A stretch of DNA of 64,000 nucleotides, taken from positions 12,152,001-12,216,000 of the forward strand of contig NC_082725.1 in assembly GCF_030144855.1 (NCBI RefSeq), read 5' to 3'. Position numbers and translations under genes: made by a program. This DNA is from Hypanus sabinus (lineage: Eukaryota). The notes under the pieces were generated by a model, which ran no database searches, was not told the origin of the DNA, and worked only from the letters and a program-made list of their open reading frames with translations. This document shows positions 38,821 through 51,721 of this stretch, piece by piece. Position 1 is the stretch's first letter; every line of letters starts with the position of its first letter.

Positions 38821-39109
38821 GGAATAACATGATTGGTGATGTTTCAGTACAACATTGTACAGAGGACAGTAAGAGACAGAGTACCATTAAAATAAAACTT
38901 TGCACGAGGAGACAGTAACAAGATTGAAGCAGACATACAGAGAGATTCAGCTGAAATGGTAGTAGACAAATAATACTGCGGGGGATCTTCTTCACTCAGA
39001 GAGTGGTGTGAGTGTGGAATAAGCTACCAGCGGATGTAGCGGATGCAGGTTCAACAGAAACATTTAAGAGAAGTTTGCAGAAATATCTGGAGCAACATAC
39101 AAAAGAACT

Positions 39110-39870
39110 TAGAATCAGGATCAGAATTAGGTTTATTATATAACCATATAACAATTACAGCATGGAAACAGGCCATCTTGGCCCTTCTAGTCCGTGCCGA
39201 ACGCTTACTCTCACCTAGTCCCACTGACCCGCACTCAGCCCATAACCCTCCATTCCTTTCCTGTCCATATACCTATCCAATTTTACTTTAAATGACAATA
39301 CCGAACCTCCCTCTACCACTTCTACTGGAAGCTCGTTCCACACAACTACCACTCTCTGAGTAAAGAATTTCCCCTCATGTTACCCTTAAACTTTTGCCCC
39401 CTTATCTCTGACATAAGTTATAGAATGTGTTGTTTTGTGGCAGCAGTACAATGCAACACATTAAAAAGTTACTGTAAGAATTTTTTTTAATGTAGTGCAA
39501 AAATAGAGCAGAACAGTGAGTTTGTGTTCATAGGTCTATGGACCGTTCTGAAATCTGATGTTGGAGGGGAAGAAGCTATTCGTAAGTCATTGAGTGCGTG
39601 TCTTCGTGCTCCTATACCTAATCTCTGATTGTGGTAATGAGAAGAGGGCATTTTCTGGGTGGTGAGAGTCCTCAATGATGGGTGCCGCCTTCTTAAGGTA
39701 TTTCCTGATGCAGAAATCCTCTATGCTGGGGAAGCTAGTGTCAAGGATGGAGCCGGGTGAGCATACAATCCTCGGCAGCTTCTTCTCATCCTGTGCATTG
39801 GTCCCTCCACAGTTGACGGTGATGCAGCCAGTCAGGATACTCTCCACAGTACATCTGTGGAAATTTGCAG
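39110..39870 (-). mobile_element. Rex1/Babar-type fragment with (TTCTGA)n tail, interrupted by a CR1 3' end (~39148-39400)
   Basis: Encodes VESILTGCITV and KKAAPIIEDSHHP; the inserted CR1 retains CpGs. Confidence 0.8.
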
Positions 39871-40784
39871 AAAATCAATGGGTCAGGCGGCATCTGTGGT
39901 GGAAAATGGACAGTCAACTTCTCGGGCAGAGACACTGCGGGATTGAATTTGGAAGACCATTTGTTTGCTGTTGATTTAAGCTTTCAATTCATTTCAAATC
40001 TTTCATAGGAGAAAGATTAAATTAAGGGCTGCATCTCACTACTGGACTATACTTGGACAATTCTACGTGGAAGAAAAAATTAACTGCTAATGTGATTTCA
40101 TCAATCCTGACAATTTCCCCTTCGTCAAGGCTCTATGTACTCTCTGTATTATTACCACAGCTGAGATTAGCTATTTGAGCACAGGACGGTAGAGGCACTT
40201 AATGATGGACACTGCCTTTTTAAAGCATGGCCCTTTGAAGATTTCCTCAATGGTGAGGAGACTTGTGCCCATGACGGAGTAGACTGATTTCAGCACAGTT
40301 ACTAGCTTCACTGCAGGGCCAAAGTGTGCCCACAACCTATTACTTTTCTTATTTCATATTTGTGACGGCCGTCTCCTGAAAGAGCACAATTTCACAATGG
40401 CAAATGCAGTGATGCCTACACGCCAATGATGCCACGTGATCAGAAGATCAGGTTGTAACGAAGTCCACCACCCTGTGGGGCAACAGGGAGCATCCTGGCC
40501 ACCTCATATTAATGACGACAAGTCCATTGAGATGGGTGTGACCTGACAGCCCCCGCTGCTACTGCGGCCTCACCACTGACTTACCTCCTGCATTCGTTCT
40601 GAGCTTTTATCACCATTACTTCATGTCTATATTTATTAAAATAAATTTTGGGATAATGCAATTAAGATATTGTAATATGAATTTATGGTTTAAATACATC
40701 TGAAAATATAATTAGAATTTAATGCATCAAAGATTTCAGTTCAGTCTGAGGGAAAATGCACAATTATTTCATCTCTCCTTTCTG

Positions 40785-41365
40785 AAGTCAGCCATCTCCA
40801 TCATGGGTACAAGTCTCCCCACCGTCAGGGCGATGTCTCAAAGACATCATTAAGGGCCCCCACCACCCAGGATATGCCCTCTTCTCATTGCTACCATCGG
40901 AGAGGAGGTACAGGAGCCTCAAGATGCACACTCAGCAATTTAGGAACAGATTCTTCCCTTCTGCCATCAGATTTCTGAACCCATGAACACTACGTCATTA
41001 TCTGCTTCTCTTCTTGCTCTATTTAGTTAATTCTATATTTATTTTTGGAACATAGTGATTTTTAATGTATTGCACGTTATCGCCAAACAACAAATTTCAT
41101 CAGATTTCATGGGTAATACCGTAGCGTGGTAGTGGGCGCAACACTATCACAGCACCAGCGACCTGGTTTTAATTCCTGCCACAAGGAGATTGTACATTCT
41201 CCCCGTGACCATGTGGGTTTCCTCCCACATCCTAAAAGACGTATAGACAGGTTAGTAGGCTAATTGGTCGGCACAGGTCCATTGAGCTGGAAGGGCCTGT
41301 TACCCCACTGTACCTCTAAATAAAATAGAAATGCCAGTGATAATAAACCTGATCCTGGTTCTGAA
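40785..41365 (+). mobile_element. Rex1/Babar-type 3' fragment with a V-SINE (41111-41329) inserted in its tail
   Basis: Encodes HPGYALFSLLPSERRYRSLK; tail resumes at ATGCCAGTGATAATAAACCTGA after the SINE. Confidence 0.8.
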
Positions 41366-43672
41366 GTGCAGGGAAGGATTGGATAAATTAAAATTATATT
41401 TCACATATCATCTAAGGCACATTTATTCCAAGACGTCAAAGATAGAAAATGTTGCTGCGAGCCAAAAGAGGAATCGGGGGGAGGGGGGATCTTGTGTTTA
41501 GCTGGTTAAATCTTAACTATCGGATAACCAACAGTGAGTTTTGTGGAGCGTAGCGTGAGGGGACAGTGAACACTCACTGATGACCCATCTGTTCTTTAGC
41601 TCAGCGGAGCAGGGAGGAACATATGAACGATAAAGCCGATGCATCTGCAGCAATTATACTCGGGCCATAGGTCACAGCTACGAGCATCAGGGTCAACTGA
41701 TAGCTGGCATTATCAGCCCTTTTCTTCACGGCATCTGGTGCCCCTTCCATAAAGAATCCCATTGTTGCAACTCCCTTACCCTTTTCCTCTGAGTTTCTGC
41801 CGCGCACCGAGCTGAATACGCAGCAGACTTTTGCTGACTTTTGCAAGGTTTTTGCTCCTTTCCTTGAAAAAAAACTAGGGAGATAATAGCCATTCCACAC
41901 AGGGACAGATTTGCTTGAAAGAGCACTGTTGCTGCCTGGGGCTATAATGAGCCAATTTTGTTCTGTGAAAATGGGAAAGCTGAGCAGCTGCAGTGTTGTC
42001 TGGCTTCTGACAAATGATGCTGTCACTCCTCCTAATGATTGGTAATAGGATGGCATTTCACTTTTCACACAGATGAGACCCTGACATTGACAGAAAGTGA
42101 ATGAAGCCGCCCACCAGCCCTTCTGCAATTCTCCCTCTCATAATTTGGAAAAGGTTCGCATTCACTTTGATTTCCTTGTGCTATTACTGTACCTTTTTGC
42201 ATTCCCTCTGATTGTTTAACCTTTGAAAAGACCGTATGGGAGGGTGCAAATTGAGGCCACAGAACAACAAGGCAGCAGGGAGCACAGTGCAGGCCCCCAC
42301 TGAATTATTTTCCTCAGGTATTTCATTATGTATAGGCACAGGGTTTGTGTCCCTGAATCAAAGTGTTAATGGTATTCAATACTGCCCAAAGTGTGGCCAA
42401 GGAAAATTGGTACTGCTCATTTCATATCCAAAGCATTGTTCAATTAAATGTGCATTTTTTTCCCTCAAACTACTGGCAAACTCTATTGGTATAGAGCCTT
42501 GAAAAACAGCATCATATCTGACACTGAATGAGGGCAAATCCTTTGCCCCACAAGGTGGGGAGGGGTGGATGTTGGGGAAATATAACAAACACACACGCCG
42601 AGTCAATTAAGCAAATCTTCGGTATCTGCGAATTTACAAAGTAACATTAGCGAGATGGTCAATAACAAAGAACGAGAATGGAAAGGTAGCTAAAGCTTTG
42701 AATGGAAATTAACTACAAAATGGCTAAGGTGAGCATCAGAGCATCATCTTATAAAAAACAGACATGTTTTTGCATGAACTGATTTCCATAGCACTACATA
42801 TAGATTATCTCCTATATACCTATTTCCAAACCATTCCCAGGACTATAATATTTCTATTTTATGACAGATGTTTTTCATAGTGTGAGGGAATTTTGAGAAT
42901 TCCTCCTTGTGAAGGGTTGCACTCCGACATAAATTATCCGTTTCCACGGATTGCCTGTGGCCCGTCAGGAAAATGCCTCACAATTTGCCCTTTGTTCACT
43001 CGACACAAATTTTCAAAGCCCGGCACCTAAAAGCTAAGCTGGTAACTTACAAAACAAGACCTAGTCTCTTCTATCTGACGTAAATTCTGGAGAAATTAAA
43101 TAACTAGACCATAAATATTATCTGCAACATCCATATTTTAGGTAGTAAATAGCACAGATAATTGATGATTGATATTCTTATAACCATTAAGTTCTCTGTC
43201 ACTTATCCTTTGACCTAATGTATTGAAATCCTGATAGTACAATGTGAATTTTCTCATTTTCTGCATTGGCTTTTGAAGTAAAATGTAGACACCTCACAAT
43301 TGCTCCATAAATGCACTGTAATGACAAGCCTGTCTGGCTTGTATTTATTTACATTGATCTATTGCCTTGATAATCACTCCCAGTGCAGCACAAATATTCC
43401 TTCCAGTCTATTGCCATGTTTCATTTTATTATCAATTTAGAGAAGTGTAACAGAAATTAAAGAATAATTATATTTTCTTGGGACTTGGGTGGTTCTCTTG
43501 TCCCTTGAATCAGGTGGCTGAGGATTTGAGTTTAAAAGGGCAAAGATTAATATTTCAGGTTGATAATCGAGTTCAGAGGTAACACAAATATGTAATGTTT
43601 TATTATTAGAGGGGCTGAATAGACTGATCGCATTTCAATGCTCTCAAGAGCCTTCAGATAAAATGTTAACCA

Positions 43673-44305
43673 AGTTCAAAGTTTAAGGTATATATATGTT
43701 ACAATTTACAACCCTGACATTCATATTCTTGCAGGCTTACTCAAACTCCGTAATAGAATAATAACCAGAATAGAAACAAAGACCGCACCAGCTGTGCGTT
43801 CAATCGCTGTTCAAAAGACAATAAACTGCGCAAATACAAAAAGAAAGTAATCGCAATAATAAATAAATAAGCAATAAATATTGAGAACATGAGATGAAAG
43901 TCCTTGAAAGTGAGTCCATAGGTTGTGGAAACACTTCAGTGAAGGGGCAAGTGAAGTTATGTGAAGTTATCACCTCTGGTTCAAGAGCCTGATGGCTGAG
44001 GGGTAATAACTCTTCCTGAACCTAGTGGTGCAAGTCCTGAGTCCTCTATACCATCTTCCTGATGGCAGCAGTGAGAAAAAAAAAATGACCTGAGTGGTGG
44101 CGGTCCTAGTTAATGGATGCTGCTTTCCTGCGACAATGCTTCTTGTAGATGTGCTCAATGTTGGGGAGGGCTTTATTTTTGATGGACTGGACTGTATCCA
44201 CTACTTTTTGTAGGCTTTTCCATTCAAGGGCATTGGTGTTTCCATACCAGGCTGTGATGCAGCCAATCAATAAACTCCACTACACATCCATTGAAGTTTG
44301 TCAAA
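43673..44305 (-). mobile_element. Rex1/Babar-type 3' fragment
   Basis: Encodes SLLPSGRWYRGLRTCTTRFRKSYYPSAIRLLN. Confidence 0.85.
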
Positions 44306-45131
44306 CCAATAATTCATTCAGGCTTTTCCAGTGGTTCTGTTTGAATTCTTTTTATATATATCTCAGATCGAGGCTTGAAAGTTCTAAGATTCTTAACTCA
44401 TCAACAATCTCTGCATAAAATAGATAGTCAGCTATTTATCTCCTCTATGGCCACAGAATAGTCTTGGATGCACAGCAGTTGCTTTGCCAAAGTAAACAAC
44501 CATACTCTGCTGATATAATGGCGGGTGACCATGACATCCATCAACAAGGGGAAAAATGCCATGGATTATCAGAAATTGCTGGATGATATTGTTAGTTCAC
44601 TAATCAACATCTCAATCTTTATGTAATTGAAATTTTGATGAAGTTACTCTACTTCACATTAATTACCCATTAAGTTCACCTAAGAAAATTAAATCTTGAA
44701 ACAGGCAGAAAAAAAACCATTTTAGCAATTTGTTGTCAGTGACAAACAATCAGCCGTTCTTGCCTAGAAAACAAACAATTCTGCGCTGGAGTCTCATTCC
44801 TTCAATAGGTGAATTGCATTAGAAAATGTGAATTTTCAAGTTTTCTGTCTTTGTCTAGCTTTTCATTTCCCTCTTTATTTTGTCTGTCTTAATCCAATCT
44901 TTCTTTCTTTCAACTTCCTTTCAATCTGAATTTTCCCTTTCTAAACGACTCCCTCATTTTACTTTTATTCCCCAATCCTCAAATCTCATTAGTTAAGGAG
45001 AACTGTCTGCGGGTTTCATCGTTCACCAAGGTCTCTCTGTTTCCCTCACTGTACCGTTATAAAGTCAATCTTTCAGCTGCTATGTTTCATTTTCAAACTT
45101 ACTTGCCAAAAGATGCCCTGCCAACTATGAT

Positions 45132-45186
45132 TGTGTGTGTGTGTGCATGTGCGTGTGCGTGCGCGCGCATGCGTGTGTGTGCACGT
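45132..45186. repeat. Alternating purine-pyrimidine microsatellite (TG/CG/CA)
   Basis: 55 bp of uninterrupted RY alternation. Confidence 0.9.
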
Positions 45187-45627
45187 CATTTTAGAGTGGA
45201 ATCTGGATCTTACATCCAAATTGTCAATGCCAACCGTTTCTACAATAATTTATTACATGATATATTGTTTCAATTTGAACATGGAACATAGAATATTAGA
45301 TAAATAAAATGCAATGTCATGTATTAACATTTCCATCTGTTTAAAAAACTAAGATGCTTACTTAAGGAACACAGACAAAATGCTGGAGGAACTCATTAGG
45401 CCAGGCAGCATTGGATTTCCAGCATCTGCAGATTTTCTTGACTTTATGCTTATTAAAGGAAAGGCTTAACATTTTTTGCCTCATTTAAACTTATGGGTTT
45501 GGCTCTGAAGATTGTGTTCTTCACATTCAGTGATTATAATTCTCATGATAACGATGATCACAATGATTACAATGCAGTGCTTTCTGAGAAGCAGTTTACA
45601 AATCAGACATTTAATTAAAAAAAAGAG

Positions 45628-45900
45628 CAGCATGGTAGCATAGTGGTTAGCGTAATGCTCTATTCCTTTCTCTCTGTTGGCTGTAAAGAGTTTGTACGTT
45701 CGTCCCGTGACCACATGGGTTTCCTCCAAGTGCTCCAGCTTCCTCCCATAGTCCAAAAACTAACCAGGTGGTAGATTAATTAGCCATTGTAAATTGTCAC
45801 ATGATTAAGCAAAGGTTAAATTGGGGGTTGCTAGGCAGCATGGCTCGAAGGGCCGGAAGTTGCCAGTTTCATGCTCTATCTCAATAAATAAATAAATAAA
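45628..45900 (+). mobile_element. V-SINE/HE1-like SINE
   Basis: A-box TAGCATAGTGG, V-domain, (AAAT)n tail. Confidence 0.8.
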
Positions 45901-46564
45901 TATAAGATACCGACTGAAATATATTTGAGTAAAAGTTGTCAATTAGAATTGGATTTTTTTTTAGTTCATTAACAGAATCAGCACTTATCGTTGACTACAG
46001 ACAAACCGATAATTCAAAGAAAGTATTTATTTATAGTGAATTGCAATCGATAGATATTTGATAACATGTACATCAGTGTGCGCATCTGTACTTTGCCAAA
46101 AATAATCATTCATGCCATTTCTAATAGAACCGTTTGAAAGAGCTCTGGTTAAGTGAGGTTAGCACTTTGAAATATTTACTGGACAATGTAAGATTGCAGC
46201 CTTGTCGTATCAGGTTGAAAAAATACTAGCAGGGCTCAGAGAAATCAATTTTGTGGAAGTTTCTTACTGTAGCCCATAATTAATGTCTAACTCTCTGGGA
46301 TGATGGCATATTTTACAACATGCCATTGCCTATTTGCAGCCAAGAATCAGAACAGCAGCACAATTCAGGGTTACACAGCAGAGTTAACAAGCTGGATGCC
46401 AGTTTTATTGGTCTCTTAAATTAGGGATCACTTACCCTATAGTTAAAGTAATCATGCAGGGGTGTTTATGTTTACACATATGTCTGCTTTCTTAACCCCC
46501 GAGGTCTTTCTTTCAGGCAATAAAGTAAGGTTTGACAAAAAAGATTTTAGTGAAGTTGTCAGAA

Positions 46565-47475
46565 ACAAAGCATAAACATAAGAGATTCTGGAGATGTTGG
46601 AAATGCAGAGTAACACGCAGAGAATGCTGGGGGAACTTAGTGGATCAGCTGCATCAATGGAGAGGAATAAACAGTCTTTTTATTAATCAAAATAAACTTC
46701 ATACATAATTTTTAAAAATTATGCAATGTTTTCTCAATCTTTACATTCATAGTCAATGCCTTCATCACTGTTCCATTACATTCCTGCACACCAATAGCAC
46801 TGCCATCACTCATGTGGTCCCTTGGGGTGGTGTATAACTAAAATAATTGAGGGGCTTCCTCAGTCAACACACACCAGAAGCAGAAGAACCTTATTCTGCG
46901 GTACATACCCACCAAACCCTTGCAGTGGCTGCATCAAGCTTCAGTGTGTCCCTCAAAATTCTGGTTTCCCAACCTAACGGTCCACAGACGCCTTGCTTAA
47001 TGATATTGGTCTGTGGTATTAATAAAACATGCTCTAAGCAGTCAACGTTTCAGGCCAAGATCCTTCATCAGGACTGGAAAGGAAGGGGTTAGAAGCCAGA
47101 ATCTGAAGGTAGGGTGAGAGGAAGGACTGCAAGCTGGAAGATGATAGGTTAAACCTGGTGAGGGGCAAGGTAGATGGGTGGTGGAAGTGGAGTGATGAAG
47201 CTAGAAGCTGAGAGGTGATAGGTGGAAAAGGTAAAGGGCTGAAAATGAAGAGATTTGATAGGAGGGGAGAGAGGACCATGAGAGAAAGGGGAAGAGGATT
47301 GGCACCAGAAAGAGGGGATGGGCAGGTGAGGGGAGCCAGAGTGGGGAATGGAAGAAGGGAGTAAAGGGAGGGGGAAGAAGAAATTACTGTAAGCATGTTC
47401 GTGCCATCAGGTTGGAGGCAATACCAGCTGAATATGAAGTGTAGTGTTCCTCCTCCAACATGAGTGTGACCTCAA
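46565..47475 (-). mobile_element. Penelope-like terminal fragment interrupted at 46677-47034 by a Tx1-like 3' end and a hAT mini-MITE
   Basis: Penelope sequence stops at TAAACAGTC and resumes at TAAGCAGTC; insert has an A-rich tail on minus and encodes RDTLKLDAATARVW. Confidence 0.7.
47039..47076 (-). ncRNA. Minimal type I hammerhead ribozyme motif
   Basis: Minus strand CAGTC-CTGATGA-AGGATCTTGGCCT-GAAACGTT-GACTG. Confidence 0.72.
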
Positions 47476-47869
47476 AACAAAGCAGCCATCACAGAAACTA
47501 TGATAGCTAACAATCTAGTGCTATTTCAACGAGAATCACAAAACCACCAAACAAGCAATGGCACTATGAAAACAATTTGTTTTCATTGTAAGAAAACTTC
47601 CATGTTCTAAATTCATAAAGCTATCTGTAAAAAATGCTTCTATGATTTGACAGAAATCTCAGGAATTGCTTAAGCATATATAACAGGATCAGACTAATAT
47701 TTTTTAAAAAGTAACCTTTGTTGAAAGAGACCCACGTTTACGTCCGAGGTAGTTTAATTTCAATAAATAAAAATAATTAGCCAATTTTGAAGATGATAGC
47801 CTACATCCAATCTCTGCATGTAACCATGTCCAGATTCCTGGAGATTTGTACTCATGCTCGTTTTCAATG

Positions 47870-48083
47870 ACTTCTTACAACTCATGTTCTCAGTATTATT
47901 TCTTAATTGCCTAATTTGTCTTCTTTTGAACATCAGTTGTTTGTCAGTCTTTGTTTATGTGTGGTTCTCATACATTCTATTGTATTTCTTTATTCTCCCA
48001 TAATGTCTGAAAGAAAATTAATCTCAAGTTAATATATGGTAACATATACATACTTTGATAATACATTTACTTTGAACTTTGAA
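47870..48083 (+). mobile_element. Rex1/Babar-type 3' UTR
   Basis: Tail ending TTTACTTTGAACTTTGAA. Confidence 0.7.
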
Positions 48084-48593
48084 GTAATTAAATCAGAGAA
48101 GGACATTTCCTCCTCCTTCGCTTGATTTCCTCTGTTATCTGGGGCATTCAGTGGAAGTGGATACGTGTGCTACTCCCCCACACCCCCATCCCTCTCTTTC
48201 CACCCTTCCTAGTGAGAATTATTTAGAGGTGTTACTGTAGTAAAATAGCCACAATTATTGCTGCCTGCCAGGACCTCTTCTATACAATGACCCTGGCAGA
48301 TGGTGTAGACAAACATATCTATTCACTTTCCACTGAAAACAGGCAGATCAGAATCCTGCTTGGACGATAGTCTATCCCATCTTCTGATCCTTGACTTCCT
48401 GTTCTATTATAACACATTTCTGTACACCAGTAGCACTGCCACCATTCATGTGGCTCCCTGGGGTGGTGTACCACCACAATATTTGAAGGGTTTCCTCACC
48501 CACCACTCCAGCAGTTGAAGAGAACTGTGCTGTGCTCCTTCCCCTCTGGGCCCTTGTGGTGGCTTCACCAAGCTGCAGTGTGTCCCTCTAAAC

Positions 48594-48673
48594 CAGGGGC
48601 TCCCAATCTGGGGTCCACGGTCCCCAGGTTTGATGGTATTGGTCCATGGCATAAAAAAGGTTAGGAACCTCTG
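48594..48673. mobile_element. 80-bp hAT (Charlie/Buster-like) mini-MITE
   Basis: TIRs CAGGGGCTCCCAA / TTAGGAACCTCTG; 8-bp TSD CTCTAAAC / CTCTGAAC. Confidence 0.75.
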
Positions 48674-49344
48674 CTCTGAACAGTTATCATTTCAGTCCAA
48701 CATTCCAGGACTGGAAAGGAAGGGCAAAGAAGCCAGAATTAAGGACCCAGAATCATACCTCTAGTCCTCAAGTATTTTATTCAGTTTGTTACTGGTTAGT
48801 ATCATTACAATAATTATCATTGATTATTCTTTCTCTCTCCATCTCTCACAAATGGTCAGTGACAATAAAGTAAATAGTCTCCAACTGGAAATGAATTGAT
48901 CGGCTGTCCATTATGAAATGCATTATGTTAAGTTTTGAAAAATGCACTGGGAGATAGATGAGGCTTTGACCCAAGTGCCTGTAATATTGATAATGATCTG
49001 AGGGCAATCGTTCCTGTAGTCAATGCCCGGGGTACAGACAAAGACTTACAAGCAGCCCACTACCAACTAACCTCTTGACTAATAGCTGCAATTCTAGAGT
49101 GTAAAATGACAAAATCAGGAAGATTTGGATACAGAACAAGTATGAATCTTGAATCATGCAGTGATATTCAGAATAAGCAAACCAGGACAAGCTAACAAGT
49201 GGAGTCATGCAACTTAGGACGAATGCATGTCACCCAAGCGTAGAAGTGGATTATGATGTCAGTGCCCCAGCAGACTACTCATTGTGAAAAGGGTAAGAAA
49301 AGCTCGAAGGATTAATGTGTTTCCGTCAATACTGGAGTACATAA

Positions 49345-49735
49345 TCATCATTATGTACCATGTCATATGTCATGGATGATCATGGAGGTTTTTAATACCT
49401 CCTTCACACTGTTTTTATTCTTTTCTTTAACTGTGACCGTGTTTGCCATTGCCTTCTTCTGGGCAGTGTCTTTACAGGACGGGTAAACTCCAGCCATTAT
49501 CAATACTTTTCAGAGATTGTCTGCCTGGTGTCAGTGGTCGCACAACCAGGACTTGTGATCTGCACCAGCCGCTCAAACAACCATCCACCACCAGTTTCCA
49601 TGGCTTCACGTGATCCTGATCAAGGGGGGAGGGGGTAAGCAGGTGCTACGCTTTTCCCAAGGGTGACCTGCAGGCTAGTGGAGGGAAAGAGCGCCTTACT
49701 CCTCCTTTGGTAGAGTTGTATCTCCAGCCCACCGC
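49345..49735 (-). mobile_element. RTE-derived retroposon R2, copy 2
   Basis: Reverse complement homologous to 13460-13825. Confidence 0.7.
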
Positions 49736-49863
49736 TCAATACCTTAACCAAAACAATAGTTTTTCAAGGATTGGGCCATCTCATGATCTGCCTTTATGCA
49801 GTCCTTATGAGTGAACAAGAATCTGTACTTCAGAGTCCATGAGCTCATCCCTTATATCTTTTA

Positions 49864-50412
49864 CACTTAGTGGCCACTTTATTAGGTACCCACTGTAAGT
49901 AGCCACCGAGTGTATGTTCATGGCCTTCTCCTACTGTAGCCCATCCACTTCAAGTTTTGACATGTGCATTCAATGATGCTCTTCTGTACAGCTCTGTTGT
50001 AATGCTTGGTTATTTAAATTTCTGTTGCCTGCCTGTCAGCTTGAACCAGTCTGGCCATTCTCCTCTGAACTTTCTCATTAACAAGTCATTCTTGCCCACA
50101 GAGCTGCTGCTCAATGGATGATTTTTTGTTTAACACACCATTCACTGTAAACTGTAGAAACAGTTGTTTGTGAAAATCTCAGGTGGTCAGTAATATCTGA
50201 GATACTCAAACCACCCCAACTGGCACCAACAGTCATTCCATAGGCAAAGTCGCTTTGCCCATTACTTCCCCATTTTGATATTTGGTCTGAACAACAACTG
50301 AACCTCTTGACCATACTTTTATGCCTTGAGTTGCTGCCACATGATTGGCTGATTTGATATTTGCATGAATAAACAGAAGTACAAGTGTACCTGACAAAGT
50401 GGCCACTGAGTG
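49864..50412 (-). mobile_element. Tc1 deletion derivative, family B, copy 3
   Basis: TA on both sides; TIRs; terminal mini-hairpin at 49864-49912; encodes GMTVGASWGGLSISDITDHLRFSQTTVSTVYSEWC. Confidence 0.88.
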
Positions 50413-50417
50413 TATTC

Positions 50418-50618
50418 ATTTATTAATTAAGATACAGTGTGGAGTGGGCCCTTCCAGCCCTTTGAGACATGCCACCCAACAATCGCCCAATTTAATCCTC
50501 GCCTAATCATAGAACAATGGCCAATTAGCCTATCAACCGGTACGTCTTTGGACTGTGGGAGGAAGCTGGAGCACCTGAAGGAAACCCACAGGGTCAAGTG
50601 GAGGACGGACAAGTTCCT
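50418..50618 (-). mobile_element. V-SINE/HE1-like SINE
   Basis: V-domain and CR1-type tail on minus strand. Confidence 0.75.
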
Positions 50619-51721
50619 AATATGTTAATAATTTGACATGTTAATTCTGCAGTTGTTTTTACTGTGAGCAGGCTACCGCTCTTTCTAACTTTTTGGAATT
50701 GTACACTTGCCTCCTGCAAATGAGACTAATTAAACTCCCAGGCTGTTCTGGAGCAGAATAGCGGCAGATGGCTCTTGCTGGGTCCTTGTGAACATAGCTC
50801 CCTCAGCAAAACAACCAAACAGGTTGGCCAGCCATTCATCTCAGAGCAGTTTGATGAAACCCTGCCAGTTTAGAATGACTGTCACATCTGGTCTATAAGA
50901 ATCGCCCTTGTGTTCCAATTGTGATTCATTTTGGAAATACCTGCAGACACTTTCATGATGTGATAAAATGTTGTGCAAGGCCAGGTAAAATTTATTTATA
51001 TTATACAAACATATATTCAAACAAGTAATATTTATTTTAACCAATGAATTATATGTATTTTAACCTGATGAAGGTTTAACAAGCCCTCTGATCTGCTTTA
51101 TATTTGCATAACAAACAATTAAAGTCTCCAAGGAGGAAGCACTTGCTCCTGTTTGTTACCAAAAACAAATAAATGACTTCATTTTGAATTTAATGGTGTT
51201 TGCCAGCTGGCTTTCTCTGCTTATATGCGTTGATTTGCCTTTTTCATGATTAAACTTGTGTTAAAACCAAATACTTTTGATGGACTCTGGACTGGGCTCT
51301 GTTTGGGGGGGGGGCTTCTGCTGTTGCTGCATGGTTGGGGGTGAGGGGGGGTTACGGCTTCTGCTGGCACACGGAGGGGGGAATCAATGCTGCGGTTTGT
51401 GCAGAGAGGGCGGAAGGGGACTTCGGGCTTCGATGTTTCTACCTTTCATTTTTGTTTCGTAGGTGTCTGTGAAGAGTATGAATTTGAGGTTGTGTACTAT
51501 CCATTCTCTGATATTAAATGAACCTTTGATATACAGTTTATGCACTTGCAATCTTTGGGGCATAAACCATTTCAGAGAATATCTAATTGGATGCCAAAAT
51601 TTACACTTTGATTAATGGACTTCACAGCCTGCCCATTACTTAAATGAAGATATTGATCTGGAATTTTCTTGGAGCATTGCTACTTCTATTTGCTACTTAT
51701 CTACCTGCTAAGCTGGTTCTT

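Noticed and set aside
41601-42128. 175-aa ORF as a protein-coding gene
   Set aside because: No recognisable domain, non-ATG start and no convincing splice context.
51064-51092. CTGATGAAGG as a hammerhead
   Set aside because: No GAAA half and no stem I.
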